Shown: positions 8,371 through 20,856 of the stretch, piece after piece | Layout: every line of letters starts with the position of its first letter | Numbering within the stretch: position 1 is the first letter of the stretch | NCBI GenBank assembly: GCA_032249135.1 | Contig: JAVVGL010000027.1 | Location: forward strand, 1 to 24,702 | Length of the DNA stretch: 24,702 bases | Reading direction: 5' to 3' | Source: Candidatus Calescibacterium sp. | Lineage (GTDB): Bacteria; Calescibacteriota; Calescibacteriia; Calescibacteriales; Calescibacteriaceae | Notes under the pieces: model-generated | Database searches by the model: none | What the model was told of the DNA's origin: nothing | The model's input: only the letters and a program-made list of their open reading frames with translations | Program-made: the position numbers and the translations under genes

Positions 8371-10545
8371 TTACTCTCGTGTAAGATAAGCTACAAATAA
8401 ATTTAAAATACATATTCCTTCTTTACCTTGTGGAGTATATTCGTATTGTTGTAATGGAGGAATATATGTCCCACATACTTTTGAAATTAGGTCCATATTT
8501 CCGAGATCTACTAAGTTTATTCTTAATGCTCCGAAAAATGATGGTTCTTTGTATATTATGTATGGAAAACGAGTTTTTAGATTGTCTTTTGGGAATTTGA
8601 AGTTCCAAGTTGTTATGTTTTCGGTTATAGGTTCTGAAAAAATTAGTTCAGCTGAAAAATGTTCTGAATCATAGATTTCTCCATCACAAGTTATTTTCTC
8701 TGGGAAAGAGCACTCCCATTCAATTGCAAACTTATCTTTTGTCCAAGCGGGCAGAATCTCTCTCAGATCTGAAAAAAATATTTTCGGTAAATCTATATAT
8801 ACGATCAAATGATAATTTGTGTTTATTTTGTCCAGAATATATAAGATGAAATCAAGGAAATCATCTTTTCCTTCTCCGGCTGAATAAATTTTCCAGAGAA
8901 AATCTTGTAAAAATCTCATAAAAAGCTGAATTTGCCAGTTTGCACTATAATTTATACCTCCTTCAAGTATCTGAGTTATAACATCTGGATACTTTGGTAT
9001 TGAGAAATAAAATTTCCCTTTTTGAGTTTGAATATATGTACCTTTTTCATCTTTTGCGAATACTCCCAAATCGTAATTTTGAATTTTTGATATGAATTTC
9101 AAAAATATTTCTGCAAGTTTTTTAAGTTCTGAAAATGCATTTTCTCTTGCGGTTTTTTCTGATGTCATCAAAAAGCTTTTGCTTTCCTCTAACGATCTCA
9201 ATAGTATACTCGTTTTCTCGCTCATTCTGAGGCTCTGTTTTTGCCGAATTTCGTTAAGTATCTGGTTTTTCAAATTCTCTGGTAAATTTAGGTCAAGAGA
9301 TTTTATGTAAGAAAGAATGGTTTTTAATGCTTGGGTATAAGTTTTCAGAAAAATTATAGTTGGTTCATTTACTGGTTCTGTAATCTCAATCAAAAATTCA
9401 TATGAAAATTGGAGTTTTATTTTGCGAGGAATCGCAACTTTTATTTGGTCTAAAATCTTCTCTGCATTTTGAATTTTCTCATATATACTTTCAGAAAAGC
9501 TCTGGTCATACATTATTTTGATTATGGAGAAAGATTGAGCGAGCCCCTTGAGCTCTCTTGCAAGTTTTATAAGATAAAGTTCTTGCGTAAATATTTCAAA
9601 TTTATTACTTATTTTTTCAAGCAAATCTATAAAAAACTCATCAAAACTTTCTGCTTTGGTTTTTACTATTGAAGAAAAGAATTCTATATTTGATGTTGGA
9701 AATAAAGAATCGCATTTTTGGTCAATTTCAATTAATCCAAAACTTGAACTCAGACTTACATCTGGTTTTTGCGGACAATCCTTTCTTTGTTTGATGTATC
9801 CATAAAAGTTCTGTTTCCCTTCGTTTGAAATTAAACTTATGCTTACTTGTCTCTGATCTACATATATTTTTATTTCAGACTTACAGTAAAATCTATCTTG
9901 GACATTATCTTGAACTTTATCTTGAAAAGCTATGAGTTTGACCACATAAGTTTTTATTTCTCCTTCTATCTCTGTTATTTTTGAGGCAAACTTTATATTT
10001 TCTTTTTTTTGATTTTCAAGTTCCACTGATATATTTTCTACTATCTCGTTGGTAAAGGGCTTTGTATATTTAGTTATTGTGACTTTTCCCTTATCTGTAT
10101 TTATTTTTATTACCTCTTTTTTATATCCTTCTTGAATATTTTTCTCTTCTCTTTCTATATTGTAGCTTATTTCTTTTGCTTTAAAGGAACACTTACGCTC
10201 TTTACAAGGTATATCTAACATGTTTGAAAATATGAGTGATGTGAGGAAAGGAGTTTTTAGCTCTTCTGAAATGATGATTGCTAATGGAATTTTTTCCGGT
10301 TGAGATGCAGGATCAAGAAAAAATAAAACATCTTTTTGAGATAGTGGAATGGGACACAAAGTTAGAGTTTGAGCAAAATTAATGTTTGCGAAATCTGATT
10401 TCTCAAATGCGGAGTCAAACTCTGATGAAACATCTTCAAATTTCTCTGCAAACTCTATTTTCTCCTTTTTACATCCTGAATGTAATGAGAATATTATAAA
10501 TGTAGCTACTATGGTAAGAGAATAAATTGGGCGATATTTTCCCAT
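8371..10545 (-). CDS. Large hypothetical lipoprotein
   Basis: 724 aa ORF with a basic N-terminus, hydrophobic stretch and lipobox-like LHSG|C at Cys25; no family motif recognised. Confidence 0.7.
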   Translation of the reverse strand: MGKYRPIYSLTIVATFIIFSLHSGCKKEKIEFAEKFEDVSSEFDSAFEKSDFANINFAQTLTLCPIPLSQKDVLFFLDPASQPEKIPLAIIISEELKTPFLTSLIFSNMLDIPCKERKCSFKAKEISYNIEREEKNIQEGYKKEVIKINTDKGKVTITKYTKPFTNEIVENISVELENQKKENIKFASKITEIEGEIKTYVVKLIAFQDKVQDNVQDRFYCKSEIKIYVDQRQVSISLISNEGKQNFYGYIKQRKDCPQKPDVSLSSSFGLIEIDQKCDSLFPTSNIEFFSSIVKTKAESFDEFFIDLLEKISNKFEIFTQELYLIKLARELKGLAQSFSIIKIMYDQSFSESIYEKIQNAEKILDQIKVAIPRKIKLQFSYEFLIEITEPVNEPTIIFLKTYTQALKTILSYIKSLDLNLPENLKNQILNEIRQKQSLRMSEKTSILLRSLEESKSFLMTSEKTARENAFSELKKLAEIFLKFISKIQNYDLGVFAKDEKGTYIQTQKGKFYFSIPKYPDVITQILEGGINYSANWQIQLFMRFLQDFLWKIYSAGEGKDDFLDFILYILDKINTNYHLIVYIDLPKIFFSDLREILPAWTKDKFAIEWECSFPEKITCDGEIYDSEHFSAELIFSEPITENITTWNFKFPKDNLKTRFPYIIYKEPSFFGALRINLVDLGNMDLISKVCGTYIPPLQQYEYTPQGKEGICILNLFVAYLTRE

Positions 10546-10637
10546 TTTGAACTTTTCCGTTTTAAAATTAATTTTTTCTTACATTTTTTCTGTTTTTTTT
10601 GTTTTGTGTTTTTTGAGGAATAAGATAAAATAAGTTC

Positions 10638-10710
10638 AGGCCGTTAGCTCAGGCGGAAGAGCACTGGCCTTTTAAGCCAGGGGTCGCGGGTTCGAATCCC
10701 GCACGGCCTA
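10638..10710 (+). tRNA. tRNA-Lys (UUU), CCA not encoded
   Basis: Cloverleaf AGGCCGT/ACGGCCT, D stem GCTC/GAGC, anticodon arm CTGGC-CTTTTAA-GCCAG, T arm GCGGG-TTCGAAT-CCCGC. Confidence 0.97.
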
Positions 10711-10725
10711 CAAACTTTTAACCTG

Positions 10726-11496
10726 ATGCAAACTTTTTCTTTTTGGATCCCAATAATCATAATAGCAATTTTCATCTTATCATCTGCAATAAAAATATTG
10801 CAAGAATACGAAAGAGGAGTAATATTCAGACTTGGAAGACTTGCAGGAGTGAAAGGTCCGGGACTTGTCCTCATTATCCCAATAATAGATAGGATGGTAA
10901 AAGTTTCTTTAAGAATAATAACGATGGATATACCTCCGCAAGATGTCATAACGAAAGATAATGTATCTGTGAAGATAAATGCTGTTGTATATTTTAGGGT
11001 TGTTGATCCGGCAAAGGCTGTGGTTGCGGTTGAAAATTATATTTATGCTACAAGCCAACTTGCTCAAACAACTTTAAGGTCAGTCTGCGGTGAGGCAGAA
11101 CTTGATGAGATACTCGCTCACAGAGAAAGTATAAACTTGAAAATACAGAGCATATTAGATAAAATGACGGAATCTTGGGGAGTAAAGATTTCTGCGGTTG
11201 AAGTCAAACATATTGATTTGCCACATGAGATGCAAAGAGCTATGGCTCGTCAAGCAGAAGCAGAAAGAGAAAGGAGAGCCAAAATAACTCTTGCGGAAGC
11301 GGAATATCAAGCTGCTCAGAGATTAAAAGAAGCTGCTGATATGCTCGCTCAAAACCCAATAACAATTCAGTTAAGATTTCTCCAAACTGTATCAGAGCTT
11401 GCCACAGAAAAAACGGCAACTTTGATTCTACCAGTTCCTATTGAACTTCTTAAATTTCTGGAAACCCATAAGAAAGATACAAGCAGTACAGGTTAA
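10726..11496 (+). CDS. SPFH/band 7 (stomatin/slipin) family membrane protein
   Basis: [55 protein letters not shown]. Confidence 0.95.
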   Translation: MQTFSFWIPIIIIAIFILSSAIKILQEYERGVIFRLGRLAGVKGPGLVLIIPIIDRMVKVSLRIITMDIPPQDVITKDNVSVKINAVVYFRVVDPAKAVVAVENYIYATSQLAQTTLRSVCGEAELDEILAHRESINLKIQSILDKMTESWGVKISAVEVKHIDLPHEMQRAMARQAEAERERRAKITLAEAEYQAAQRLKEAADMLAQNPITIQLRFLQTVSELATEKTATLILPVPIELLKFLETHKKDTSSTG

Positions 11497-11552
11497 AAGA
11501 TTAAATTCTTTTTTATTTCTAAAACTAAATCTTTTCTTAATATGATTTTTAT

Positions 11553-14315
11553 ATGGATTTTGTATTTATATCATTTTTTTTATTCTCCAAATCGTTCTTT
11601 GGTGCGGATGTTTCAGGTAAAATTTTATCTATAAACCTACATAAGTTTGGGATAAATATATATTTCCCAGAAGATCTATCTCCTGTGGCTCAGGAGTTTG
11701 CTTCAAAGATTAATGAGGAAAATGAATTTATAAAAGAGCTCATCGGCACAGAAGCTAAAAACTTCTCCATATTTTTGGGATTTGAAGAAGATGTTTTTTT
11801 CTTTGAGAGATTCTTTACACACTCAAAACTTATATTCGTAAACTGGGGTGGAACAAGGATTGATGAAAAGCTCTCTTCGGTGTCATTTTCTCATAAAGTC
11901 AGACAAGTTCTTCTTGCGTCCTTTTTTTGGAGTGGTTCTCCTCTATCTTACATAATAGATCCGGATTTTTATCTAAAACCCCAGTTAATCTATTCTTTCT
12001 CGGAATACGGGGTGATAGATGATGAAACTTTCTCAAATTACCCATTTTACTTTTTTTGGTCAGAAGATGCACAGCTCATAAAGTATATTGATATTTTCTA
12101 TGGTAAAAGAGAAATATTTGATCTTTTTGTCAAAGGTAAGATCGAATCTGAATATCGGGATAAATACTATCAGGAATTCAAGGTGTGGAAGGAAAATAAA
12201 ATAGAAGTTCTAAAAGATGCTATAGAAAGAAAATATGGGATAAACCCTTCCTTTGAAAAAATTTTCAATTTTCCTTCACGCAGTGTTTTTGTAAGAGGAG
12301 ATGAAATAATAACTACAAGAGAAGATGGCATAATTTTCTCATCAAAAGTCGGAGATATTTTTATAAGGAGTGGGGGAGGGTATATAAATGGAGATGAAAG
12401 GTTCATAGTTTTTGATTCAAAGGAAAAAACAGACGGACTTTTTTATGTCTTTATAATAACTCCCTCTTACAAAGTTATCAAATTTCCCGATAAAAGAGCT
12501 TGGTTTCCAGATATATTTTCAAGAGAAGATGGAAAAGGTTTCATTTTATTCATAAAGAAAAATCTTATCTATGATGAAATGTGCATTATAGATTTCATTT
12601 TTGAAGAAGATAATCTGCAATTTGGAGAAATATCGTGCCCTCTAAAATCTGGTGAGCTTGAAGAATTTTTTTCACCAGATATATCTCCTGATGGAAAAAA
12701 AGTAGTGTTTTCATACCTCAGAAGGAATGGGTTTTTAGATCTGGCAGTTTTTGACATTGAGAAGAAAACTTTGCAATTTATAACACAAGATGATAATCAA
12801 GATTTATTCCCTTCATTCACACAAGATGGAAAAATTGTTTTCACATCTTTCAGAGAGGGGAGGTATCTTCTTTACCTTTATGATGGAGAAAAATTTACGA
12901 AAATATCGGAAAACCCGGAAGGAATTCTGGTAGGGCGTATATATAATCAGAAGCTATATTCAGTTTTTATTCAGAATGGAAAAACTTATGTTGGGGAATC
13001 CGAAGTAAAAGAGCTTGAAGGAGCTACATTCACAAGAGCTCCCGTTATTTCTTTTGGCACAGAATTTGAAAGTTCAAAAGTTGAAACTTTTGGTAACTTC
13101 GGAATTTTGCGACTTCTTCCGCCAAGATTCTTTGTGGATAGTTCTGGTTTTTTCAATTTTTCACTTTACTTTCTTCTTTCAGATGATATATATAGGAACC
13201 CAATTTTTTTTAATTTAGATTTTGGTTCAAACGTCAATTTTTACGAGAAGATGAGACAACTCAAACTGCAACGATATGAGATTTCAAATGTAGATGACCT
13301 CAAAACGGGAGGGCTTATTAGAGCTTTGGGATTTTCAATTTTTTCCTTTGTGAGGTCATTTTCACCATATATGTTTGCAAGATTTTCGCTTTTTCCTTTC
13401 TCTGGAATTTTTGTAAGAGAGGTTGCCGAAGGAGAGAATAAGCAGAGATTTCATTTTATTCCAGAAAGACAAGTTTCAGGAGATATATATTTTTTTCAGA
13501 AGGGAACTCGTAAACTTTGGATTTTGTTGGGAGGAAAATTCGGAAACATATCTCCATATGAGGAATTCCTTCAAACGCCTGATACAACTTTTTGGAATTT
13601 TGTAAAGGAGGAATATAAAAGGTTTGGCTATGGGAATTTTTTTCAAGTTGAATCCGGGATTTGGATGGATAGCACTCAGAAAGATTTTTCTCCACAAGAT
13701 GGTTTTGATATAAGATTATTTTTGGGATTACAATCATTTTTTGATTTTGGAAAGGGGCAATTTCCACTTTCTCCATATTCAAATTTTTCGCTCTCTTATT
13801 TTTCTCATTCCTTTAAATTTTTCGTTTTTCCTGTGGTAGGGCAACTGAATTTAAACGGATTTGTTTCTTTCCCGAAGTATAAAAGATTCAAAACAGCTTT
13901 TGGTTCAAAACCTATACCGTTTTATTTTGACCCTGCTGATAACTTTTCTCCTTTATGGAAATTTGGAGCTCTTCCTTTCTTTCCCGAGAATCTCAAATAT
14001 GATGTTGGTCTTATAAGAGGGGTAAGAATTAGAGACGGAGATATAGGGTTTGTTGCTAAAATGAGTCCAATTTTAAATTTATTTTCAGCTCGTGGGGAAC
14101 CTAAATATATTTATCATTCAGATTCCATTAATCTTTCACCATTTATTTCGGGTGGGGTTTTACGGAACTTTAAAGAACTTGAAAGGTTCATAAGCTATGG
14201 TTTAGAGCTAAAAATCAAATCTAAAATTTTCTTCATTATTCCCTCGGACTTTGTTTTAGGATTTGCAATTGGAGAAATTCCAGAATTTTATTTTCTACTA
14301 TTTCTTTCTCCTTGA
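11553..14315 (+). CDS. Cell-envelope protein with PD40/TolB-like beta-propeller and probable C-terminal beta-barrel
   Basis: FSPDISPDGKKVVFSY and DLFPSFTQDGKIVFTS (PD40-like repeats); aromatic-rich amphipathic beta-strand pattern in the C-terminal half. Confidence 0.6.
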   Translation: MDFVFISFFLFSKSFFGADVSGKILSINLHKFGINIYFPEDLSPVAQEFASKINEENEFIKELIGTEAKNFSIFLGFEEDVFFFERFFTHSKLIFVNWGGTRIDEKLSSVSFSHKVRQVLLASFFWSGSPLSYIIDPDFYLKPQLIYSFSEYGVIDDETFSNYPFYFFWSEDAQLIKYIDIFYGKREIFDLFVKGKIESEYRDKYYQEFKVWKENKIEVLKDAIERKYGINPSFEKIFNFPSRSVFVRGDEIITTREDGIIFSSKVGDIFIRSGGGYINGDERFIVFDSKEKTDGLFYVFIITPSYKVIKFPDKRAWFPDIFSREDGKGFILFIKKNLIYDEMCIIDFIFEEDNLQFGEISCPLKSGELEEFFSPDISPDGKKVVFSYLRRNGFLDLAVFDIEKKTLQFITQDDNQDLFPSFTQDGKIVFTSFREGRYLLYLYDGEKFTKISENPEGILVGRIYNQKLYSVFIQNGKTYVGESEVKELEGATFTRAPVISFGTEFESSKVETFGNFGILRLLPPRFFVDSSGFFNFSLYFLLSDDIYRNPIFFNLDFGSNVNFYEKMRQLKLQRYEISNVDDLKTGGLIRALGFSIFSFVRSFSPYMFARFSLFPFSGIFVREVAEGENKQRFHFIPERQVSGDIYFFQKGTRKLWILLGGKFGNISPYEEFLQTPDTTFWNFVKEEYKRFGYGNFFQVESGIWMDSTQKDFSPQDGFDIRLFLGLQSFFDFGKGQFPLSPYSNFSLSYFSHSFKFFVFPVVGQLNLNGFVSFPKYKRFKTAFGSKPIPFYFDPADNFSPLWKFGALPFFPENLKYDVGLIRGVRIRDGDIGFVAKMSPILNLFSARGEPKYIYHSDSINLSPFISGGVLRNFKELERFISYGLELKIKSKIFFIIPSDFVLGFAIGEIPEFYFLLFLSP

Positions 14316-14331
14316 TTTCTTTTCAGCTGAT

Positions 14332-15660
14332 TTACATTTCTTCATATAAAGCCTCTTTTCTTCTTTTTGATGTAGAGTATTCGGAAGTAGCTGATGATAT
14401 TATTTCGTACATTATAGCTTTTGGTTTTGATGGTCTGAGAATTCTTCCAAGGCGCTGAACAAACTCTCTCGGGCTTCCCGAACCAGAGACTATGACTGCA
14501 ACGGATGCCTCCGGGACATCTATACCTTCATCGAGAACATGAGCGGAAACAAGAGCCGTAATTTTACCTTCTGAGAAAGCTTTGAGATAAAAATTTCTTT
14601 CTTCTGTTGATATTTCGGAGGTTATTGCAGGTATGAGAAAAGTTTCTGAAATTTTGTAAGCCATCTGCTGTGAATCTGTGAAGATAAGAATTCTTTCTCC
14701 CTTGTGTTTTTTCAAGATTTGTCTTACCAGATTGATTTTACCGTCGTAGTTCATAGCTAATTTTTTTGCTTCACGCAAAGAGGAAATAGCTTCTCTGGCG
14801 AGGGGGTCTTTGAAAGACATTCTGAGAACTTGCAGAAAAGTTTCTTTTTCTCCGGGGTTTAGTCCAAGACTTATACAAAAGTCTCTATATTTTTTCATCG
14901 AGGTTGAGTATTTAATAAAATCTTCTTTTGACATTTTTATGTTAAGTTGTATTATCTGCCAATCAGCAATAAAATTGCGGACATCTTGAATATTTACTTT
15001 ATATATGAAATTTCCTACAAGTTCTGGAATTAAAGTGTGTAATCCATCTTGTCTTTCAAGGGTTGCTGTGAGACCGAGACGATTCCATGCGATAGACATT
15101 TGGGCAATCTTTCTGTAGTTTTCAGCTGGTAGATGATGAACCTCGTCAAAAATCAAAAATGCAAATTTATTTCCCAAAAATTCTGCCGAAATAGATGCAG
15201 AGTCATAAGTTGAAACTGTTACTGGTTTGAGAATTTTTGCTCTTCCAGTCCATTCGCCAACTTCTTCAAAAAATGATTTGAGTTTTTGTATCCATTGATC
15301 AACAAGAGCCAAAGTAGGTGTGACACATAGGGTAGGGAGTTTCAAATAACAGATGCAGTAGATTGCGAGAAAGGTTTTTCCAGTTCCTGTTGGCATAACG
15401 ATTGTTCCCTTGAAATTCCCATCAACACTCCACATCTTGAAAGCTTTTTTTTGGTAGTCTCTTGTTTCGGGGAATTTGAGGGGTTGTGGTTCGGGCAAAA
15501 GTTCTAAGTTTTGTATATTTTTTATTTTTTCGGGGAAATTAAGTACGATTTGAGACGGGAGTGCGATAAATTCATCTTTATATTTTTGGGGATTGATTTT
15601 GTGTATGATTTCCTGTTCGTCTTTTGAAATGAAGATAAGACCTTTATAGAACCTCAGCAC
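14332..15660 (-). CDS. XPB/Rad25-like superfamily 2 DNA helicase
   Basis: RDYQ, MPTGTGKT, DEVHH, LGLTAT, VLDEGIDVP, QRLGRILRP; GTG start. Confidence 0.9.
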   Translation of the reverse strand: MLRFYKGLIFISKDEQEIIHKINPQKYKDEFIALPSQIVLNFPEKIKNIQNLELLPEPQPLKFPETRDYQKKAFKMWSVDGNFKGTIVMPTGTGKTFLAIYCICYLKLPTLCVTPTLALVDQWIQKLKSFFEEVGEWTGRAKILKPVTVSTYDSASISAEFLGNKFAFLIFDEVHHLPAENYRKIAQMSIAWNRLGLTATLERQDGLHTLIPELVGNFIYKVNIQDVRNFIADWQIIQLNIKMSKEDFIKYSTSMKKYRDFCISLGLNPGEKETFLQVLRMSFKDPLAREAISSLREAKKLAMNYDGKINLVRQILKKHKGERILIFTDSQQMAYKISETFLIPAITSEISTEERNFYLKAFSEGKITALVSAHVLDEGIDVPEASVAVIVSGSGSPREFVQRLGRILRPSKPKAIMYEIISSATSEYSTSKRRKEALYEEM

Positions 15661-15789
15661 GGGAGAAAAGTTAAGATGATATGATAAAGAGATGAAAGGG
15701 GCAAAAATGAAAGAATAAAATGAAATAATAAGAAAAAATAGGATAAGAAAAAATAAGGAAAGTATGGAGTAATTGATGAGGTTAAGAGA

Positions 15790-15813
15790 TGAAATTTGAA
15801 AAGGTGAGATAGG

Positions 15814-15822
<9 letters not shown>
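15790..15822. repeat. 23S processing stem, 3' arm (inverted repeat of 18712..18744)
   Basis: Perfect 33 bp inverted repeat TGAAATTTGAAAAGGTGAGATAGGTTTTTATGG / CCATAAAAACCTATCTCACCTTTTCAAATTTCA. Confidence 0.9.
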
Positions 15823-18711
<2,889 letters not shown>

Positions 18712-18718
<7 letters not shown>

Positions 18719-18744
18719 AACCTATCTCACCTTTTCAAATTTCA
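18712..18744. repeat. 23S processing stem, 5' arm
   Basis: Reverse complement of 15790..15822. Confidence 0.9.
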
Positions 18745-18763
18745 AATAAAATTTTTCCAGCCA

Positions 18764-18781
18764 GAAGGTAAGTGGAGACGA
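18764..18781. repeat. Inverted repeat arm overlapping the tRNA-Ala 3' end and trailer (partner 20581..20598)
   Basis: GAAGGTAAGTGGAGACGA is the exact reverse complement of TCGTCTCCACTTACCTTC at 20581-20598. Confidence 0.9.
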
Positions 18782-18844
18782 CGGGATTTGAACCCGTGCC
18801 CTCCCGGGTGCAAACCGGGCGCTCTCCCACTGAGCTACGTCCCC
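18773..18844 (-). tRNA. tRNA-Ala (UGC), CCA not encoded
   Basis: GGGGACG/CGTCTCC acceptor stem with G3:U70, anticodon arm CCCGG-TTTGCAC-CCGGG, T arm ACGGG-TTCAAAT-CCCGT. Confidence 0.97.
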
Positions 18845-18850
18845 TCTTTG

Positions 18851-18923
18851 TGGGCCCATCCGGACTCGAACCGGAGACCTTACCCTTATCAGGGGTACGC
18901 TCTAGCCGCTGAGCTATGGGCCC
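18851..18923 (-). tRNA. tRNA-Ile (GAU), CCA not encoded
   Basis: GGGCCCA/TGGGCCC acceptor stem, anticodon arm TACCC-CTGATAA-GGGTA, T arm TCCGG-TTCGAGT-CCGGA. Confidence 0.97.
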
Positions 18924-18932
18924 TTTTTGAGA

Positions 18933-18950
18933 GGGTTAAGAGAGCCTTGC
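18933..18950. repeat. 16S processing stem, 3' arm (partner 20543..20560)
   Basis: Perfect 18 bp inverted repeat GGGTTAAGAGAGCCTTGC / GCAAGGCTCTCTTAACCC flanking 16S. Confidence 0.9.
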
Positions 18951-18962
18951 AGAAAAGAAAAG

Positions 18963-20506
<1,544 letters not shown>

Positions 20507-20542
20507 ATAAATTTAGGAGGGTAACAAAATTTCTCCTTGACC

Positions 20543-20560
20543 GCAAGGCTCTCTTAACCC
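20543..20560. repeat. 16S processing stem, 5' arm
   Basis: Reverse complement of 18933..18950. Confidence 0.9.
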
Positions 20561-20580
20561 AAAATTTTCAAATCAAAAAT

Positions 20581-20598
20581 TCGTCTCCACTTACCTTC
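20581..20598. repeat. rRNA leader element complementary to the tRNA-Ala 3' end and trailer
   Basis: Exact reverse complement of 18764..18781. Confidence 0.9.
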
Positions 20599-20601
20599 CA
20601 A

Positions 20602-20783
20602 ACCTTCCGGCTCCCTTTCACAGGGATGCCTTCCGGCTTCAAAGCATATATATTTTAATAAAAAAATTTGGAAAAGTGTGTTTTTTGAAAAATTTTTTCT
20701 TTGAAATCTTTTTTCTTTTCGTTTTTTTTGAAATTTTTCCCTACCTTCCGCTCTCCCTTTACGGGAGAAGCTTCCGGCTTGAA
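20602..20783 (-). repeat. Two imperfect copies (20602-20642, 20743-20783) of a ~41 nt GC-rich hairpin module in the rRNA leader
   Basis: Sense strand: TTGAAGCCGGAAGGCA-TCCCT-GTGAA-AGGGA-GCCGGAAGGT and TTCAAGCCGGAAGCT-TCTCCC-GTAAA-GGGAGA-GCGGAAGGT. Confidence 0.8.
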
Positions 20784-20800
20784 TCTAAACTACAAAAACT

Positions 20801-20830
20801 ATTATAATACAAAAACTCCAAAAAGAGCAA
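20801..20830 (-). promoter_or_regulatory. Putative rRNA operon P1 promoter
   Basis: TTGCTC(20830-20825)-N18-TATAAT(20806-20801) with a T-rich UP-like tract upstream. Confidence 0.55.
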
Positions 20831-20856
20831 AAAACAAAAAAATTTTCCCATAAAAA

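Noticed and set aside
10638-10710. tRNA-Lys as an integration site for an island
   Set aside because: No direct repeat of its 3' end and no integrase seen in the window.
20581-20598. tRNA-Ala 3'-end copy as a prophage/ICE att site
   Set aside because: The copy is inverted, brackets 16S and tRNAs rather than foreign DNA, and has no recombinase nearby. RNA pairing is the simpler explanation.
20593-20783. Leader repeats as a mini CRISPR array
   Set aside because: Only two imperfect copies with a ~100 nt A/T-rich gap, and no cas genes.
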